A stretch of 64,000 nt of DNA from Fimicolochytrium jonesii (Eukaryota). The notes beneath the pieces are model-generated. The model was given only the letters and a program-made list of their open reading frames with translations. It did not search any database and was not told the origin of the DNA. The position numbers and the translations under genes were made by a program. The DNA is taken from NCBI RefSeq assembly GCF_025526975.1, contig NW_026515674.1, positions 496,001-560,000 on the forward strand, given 5' to 3'. Positions 60,801 to 64,000 of this stretch are shown here, piece by piece. Positions within the stretch are counted from its first letter, which is position 1. Each line of letters starts with the position of its first letter.

Positions 60801-62278
60801 GTCTGTCTCCGACTCAGCTCGTCGTTCTCATTCCGCTCGTCCTCCAGAGCTTTCTGCAGCGCCTCGATCTGCGATGCGGCTTTGCTGAGATGAGCATTGA
60901 CTCCGGTCTGGGCGCCGCTCTGTGATCCAGCAACAGCCCTTTTCAAATCATCGATGTCTTTCTGCACCCTCTCACGTTCCAATCGACGGGCTTCTTCCTC
61001 CTTGTCATCATCTACGTCTTTTTTCCCCGTATCTGATCGCAAGCGTGATTTTGCCTCCTCCAACTCCAGACGTTCGCGCTCACGCTCCTGCGTCGCCGTT
61101 GTTCTTAGATGTTGTAATTCCTGCTCGAACCGCAGCTTCTCCTGAGCCAACGCATCATCTAATGCCTTTTGCCGGCTGGCCATTTCGTTTGCTACTTTGG
61201 CCTCCATCTCTTCTCGTAGCTGTTTCTCCACGTCGCCGATTCGCCCACTGACTTTATCGAACCCTGCCATTATCTCTTCCATTGTCGGCTGAGCCGGTGG
61301 CTGCTTCGGCTGCTCAGCTTTCGGTGCGGCTTTTTGTGACTGTGGCATGTCCCCGTGCCGTCGTTGCACGTGGCTTTCAACATAGGGGTGGTTCACGAAC
61401 ATCTTCGGGCAAAACGGACATCGGTAATAGGTGGTTGGATGTGTCTTTTCCTTTGGCGGCGGCGGAGCGGCCGCCGGCCCAAGTTCTCCCGGCATTTTGG
61501 TCATGAGCTGATACGCATACATGCTTTTTCGGAGCACGCGAGTTTCTTTCCGAAGCGCTTGTATCTCTGCGCTCTGCTTAGCATTTTCTGCCCGCATTCT
61601 CACAACGGAACCATTGAGAGCCTCGGTTTGTCCTGCCAAAGACTGACGCTGATCCAGCAGGTAATTCTGGCAGTGTAGCAGGTATTCGATTGTGAGCTGA
61701 GATAGTTGAATCAGCTTGATGAAATTTGGATCGGCATATCGATCTTCAGCCTCGATGTCGCAGAAAGTGAGGTTCTCCATCATTTCCTGCAAAGACTTGA
61801 TGTCAACCTCCTTCGTGATCTGGTCCACATTCAAGGACGCTAATAACTTCCAATTCAGCCTTTCTCTCCGGCGCTTGAAATAGAATCCAGCCATGACGGC
61901 TGGTAGAGACTCGATCATCGACGCGGCCGCCGACGTGCTATTCAGAAAGACACCGGGATCTCCCGCATGGGGCATTCTTTGCTGCATTCCACCAGAATAC
62001 GGATTTGGCATGGTATCCGGAATCAAGTCGCTGTTTCGTCCAAAGCCCTTTGAAGGTGACGGCGGGTTAGGTGGTGGGACCGGGTTTCGTTCAGCTGCTT
62101 TGCGGTCTGCGGGTTGATGGAAGCGAGACCCGTGCCGAAGCAAATTGTGGACGCCGACGTGCTGGGCAAGGTAGGTTCGTGCACCTTGCGTCACCGACTT
62201 TTCCAGCTCAGAGTCTTCGGCGTTGAGGGTTGGGATTGGGAACCAAGGTGAGGACGCGGCTGCTGCGGCGGCGCTCAT
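57835..62278 (-). CDS. DZIP1: DZIP1/Iguana-like basal-body protein with a long low-complexity C-terminus; multi-exon
   Basis: Dzip-like N domain FKRRRERLNWKLLASLNVDQI...LTFCDIE...DPNFIKLIQLSQLTIEYLLHCQ, C2H2 finger CPFCPKMFVNHPYVESHVQRRH, coiled coil. Confidence 0.88.
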
Positions 62279-62757
62279 ATGGGCGTGGACTCGACCCGGC
62301 AGCTGCTCTAGAGCCGCGAGGCGAGCTTCGGATGTGGCAAGCTACGGGAAGCGCAAAATGACGGTAAAAAAAGCGCTGCAAAATCTCCTGACTTGTCAGT
62401 ACGCAATGAGAAGGCCGGATGGCAGAGATGAGAGACGCGGCATCTCGACGTGGGATTTGACGCGAGATTACCTAAGCCGCCGACGCGAGAGACGCGAGAG
62501 AGATATGCAGCTCGATGCGGGCAGCAGGCATGCCAAGACACAGGATAACAGTAATGTGGTTGAACCACCGAGGCGAACACCAGATGCAGTAATGAGTTAT
62601 GCGAAGACGCTGCATTCGTCCATCGGCTATCCTGCGAGAGTGTCTCTCGTACAATTGAAATATGGAAATCTGGTAAGTTTCAACTTCTAAGTTCGGCGTC
62701 CTATCTAGCCTGTAATAGGAGTGGGCCTTCGCTGTGTAACAACGACTGGGCCCTATA

Positions 62758-64000
62758 TCATTCCGCTAGACGGCTGGTCACCAAGACATTTTGGCGACCG
62801 TTGCGAGATACGCCTGCCAAAGAAGAGCTTGTCGCGCAGCTCCTCAACGATCCTCCTGCGTAGAAACAGCGAGCACCGTTTCTAATTTTCGCTTCTGGTT
62901 CTGCGTGCTGCGAAGGTCAGTGAATGACTCCCAACATGAGAAGCATCGCACTATACAAATCAGATGCTCATACCCTTGTCATCCGATCTGTATGTGGCGG
63001 AGGAGGCAATCGTTTCTTCTCCCGTTTGACCTTCACGGCCGGTGGTGGCGGTTCCGTGATTGCAACAGTGCGAGTAACAGCCGCCGGAGTAAGCCTCCCG
63101 CTGCGCCGCGGAATAACAGGATTCGAATCCGGCTTTCCATCCTCTACAATCAGAATCGGAGACGCAGTCCGTGTGATGACGTCTGCTGCATCTGGAGAGT
63201 GCTGTGGAGCGGCTGTAACCGAAGTCATAACAGCCACTTCATTGTTACTCTCATCCTTCGCCGGGGAATACGTCAGGTCAAACCAACTATGCAACAAAAA
63301 CTAAAGTTTAGTTCCGACGCAAATCGAATGATTCGGTTCCACGGGTACCTGTCTTCTCCGAAATCCAGTGGATAGACGCCTCCTGTGCCGTTCTGGACAT
63401 ATGGCAGCAGCGACCGATTTCGATGCTCGGGGGGCAGAAAACCTGCTGCGAACATGTTCAACAAATGCCCGACTGAGTAACCGCACACCCTCTTGCACCC
63501 CTACCTGTTCGAACAGCTTGCTGCGAATTCCTGAATTGCGTCAATGCAGGAGCTACACTCACACCCACGGCGCCGTTGATTTCAGAAATGAAAGACTCGC
63601 GGACAGAACCGTCAGGCAACATCACTGTCTGCTGGGTAAAATTAACTGCAGGGGTCTTTACGTCGTTGCTTGCTAGATTCCCGAGCCGGTGACCATCAAG
63701 GCTCAACCTGCCTTCTATCGACGGATGATGGTGGATAGAGCCAGGTCCACGCGGCATCAAGGGCGAATTGGGTAGCGGCGGCTCAATGCTCTTTACGAGC
63801 GTTTCCATGCGTTCCAGGAACGACTCCAAGCGTGCTTCCACTTTTTTCGCCGATTCCGCAGAATGAGTATGCAATAGGGCGGAAATAGTATCTATATCAC
63901 ATCCAGGCGGGACCGAGGGTGGATTGGGTGGCGGTGGCTCAATGCTCTTTACGAGCGCTTCCACACGTTCCATGAACGACTCCAAGCGCGCTTCCACTTG
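62758..64000 (-). CDS. 3' part of an unknown gene with an internal repeat; truncated by window, 3' exons uncertain
   Basis: ORFs 63458-63997 and 62968-63297; repeated VEARLESF(M/L)ER(V/M)E(A/T)LVKSIEPP. Confidence 0.5.

Noticed and set aside
1..64000. tRNA, rRNA, CRISPR arrays or prokaryotic operons
   Set aside because: None recognised by eye; a covariance-model scan would be needed to exclude small RNAs.

Overview
Intron-rich eukaryotic DNA from a flagellated, zoosporic fungus, probably a chytrid. It carries the ciliary genes DNAAF4, CEP83 and DZIP1 beside fungal genes (Tem1/Spg1, GH76, RIB1) and housekeeping genes (SHQ1, HMGCL, eIF4G, RPB1, BFR2, eIF5A, COA3). The key locus is at about 4.5-8.4 kb on the minus strand: a 7-exon Fanzor1 gene (eukaryotic TnpB-like, RNA-guided RuvC nuclease). 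I reassembled it by hand to about 768 aa; all three RuvC acidic residues are present, with one frameshift. It is followed by a hairpin-rich candidate omega-RNA region and preceded by a truncated Tc1/mariner transposase HTH with a Tc1-type terminus ending at TA. A second unusual gene (51.2-56.4 kb) is a class C GPCR-like 7TM receptor with tandem LamG ectodomains. All identifications come from motif recognition and manual splicing; no database searches or folding programs were run.
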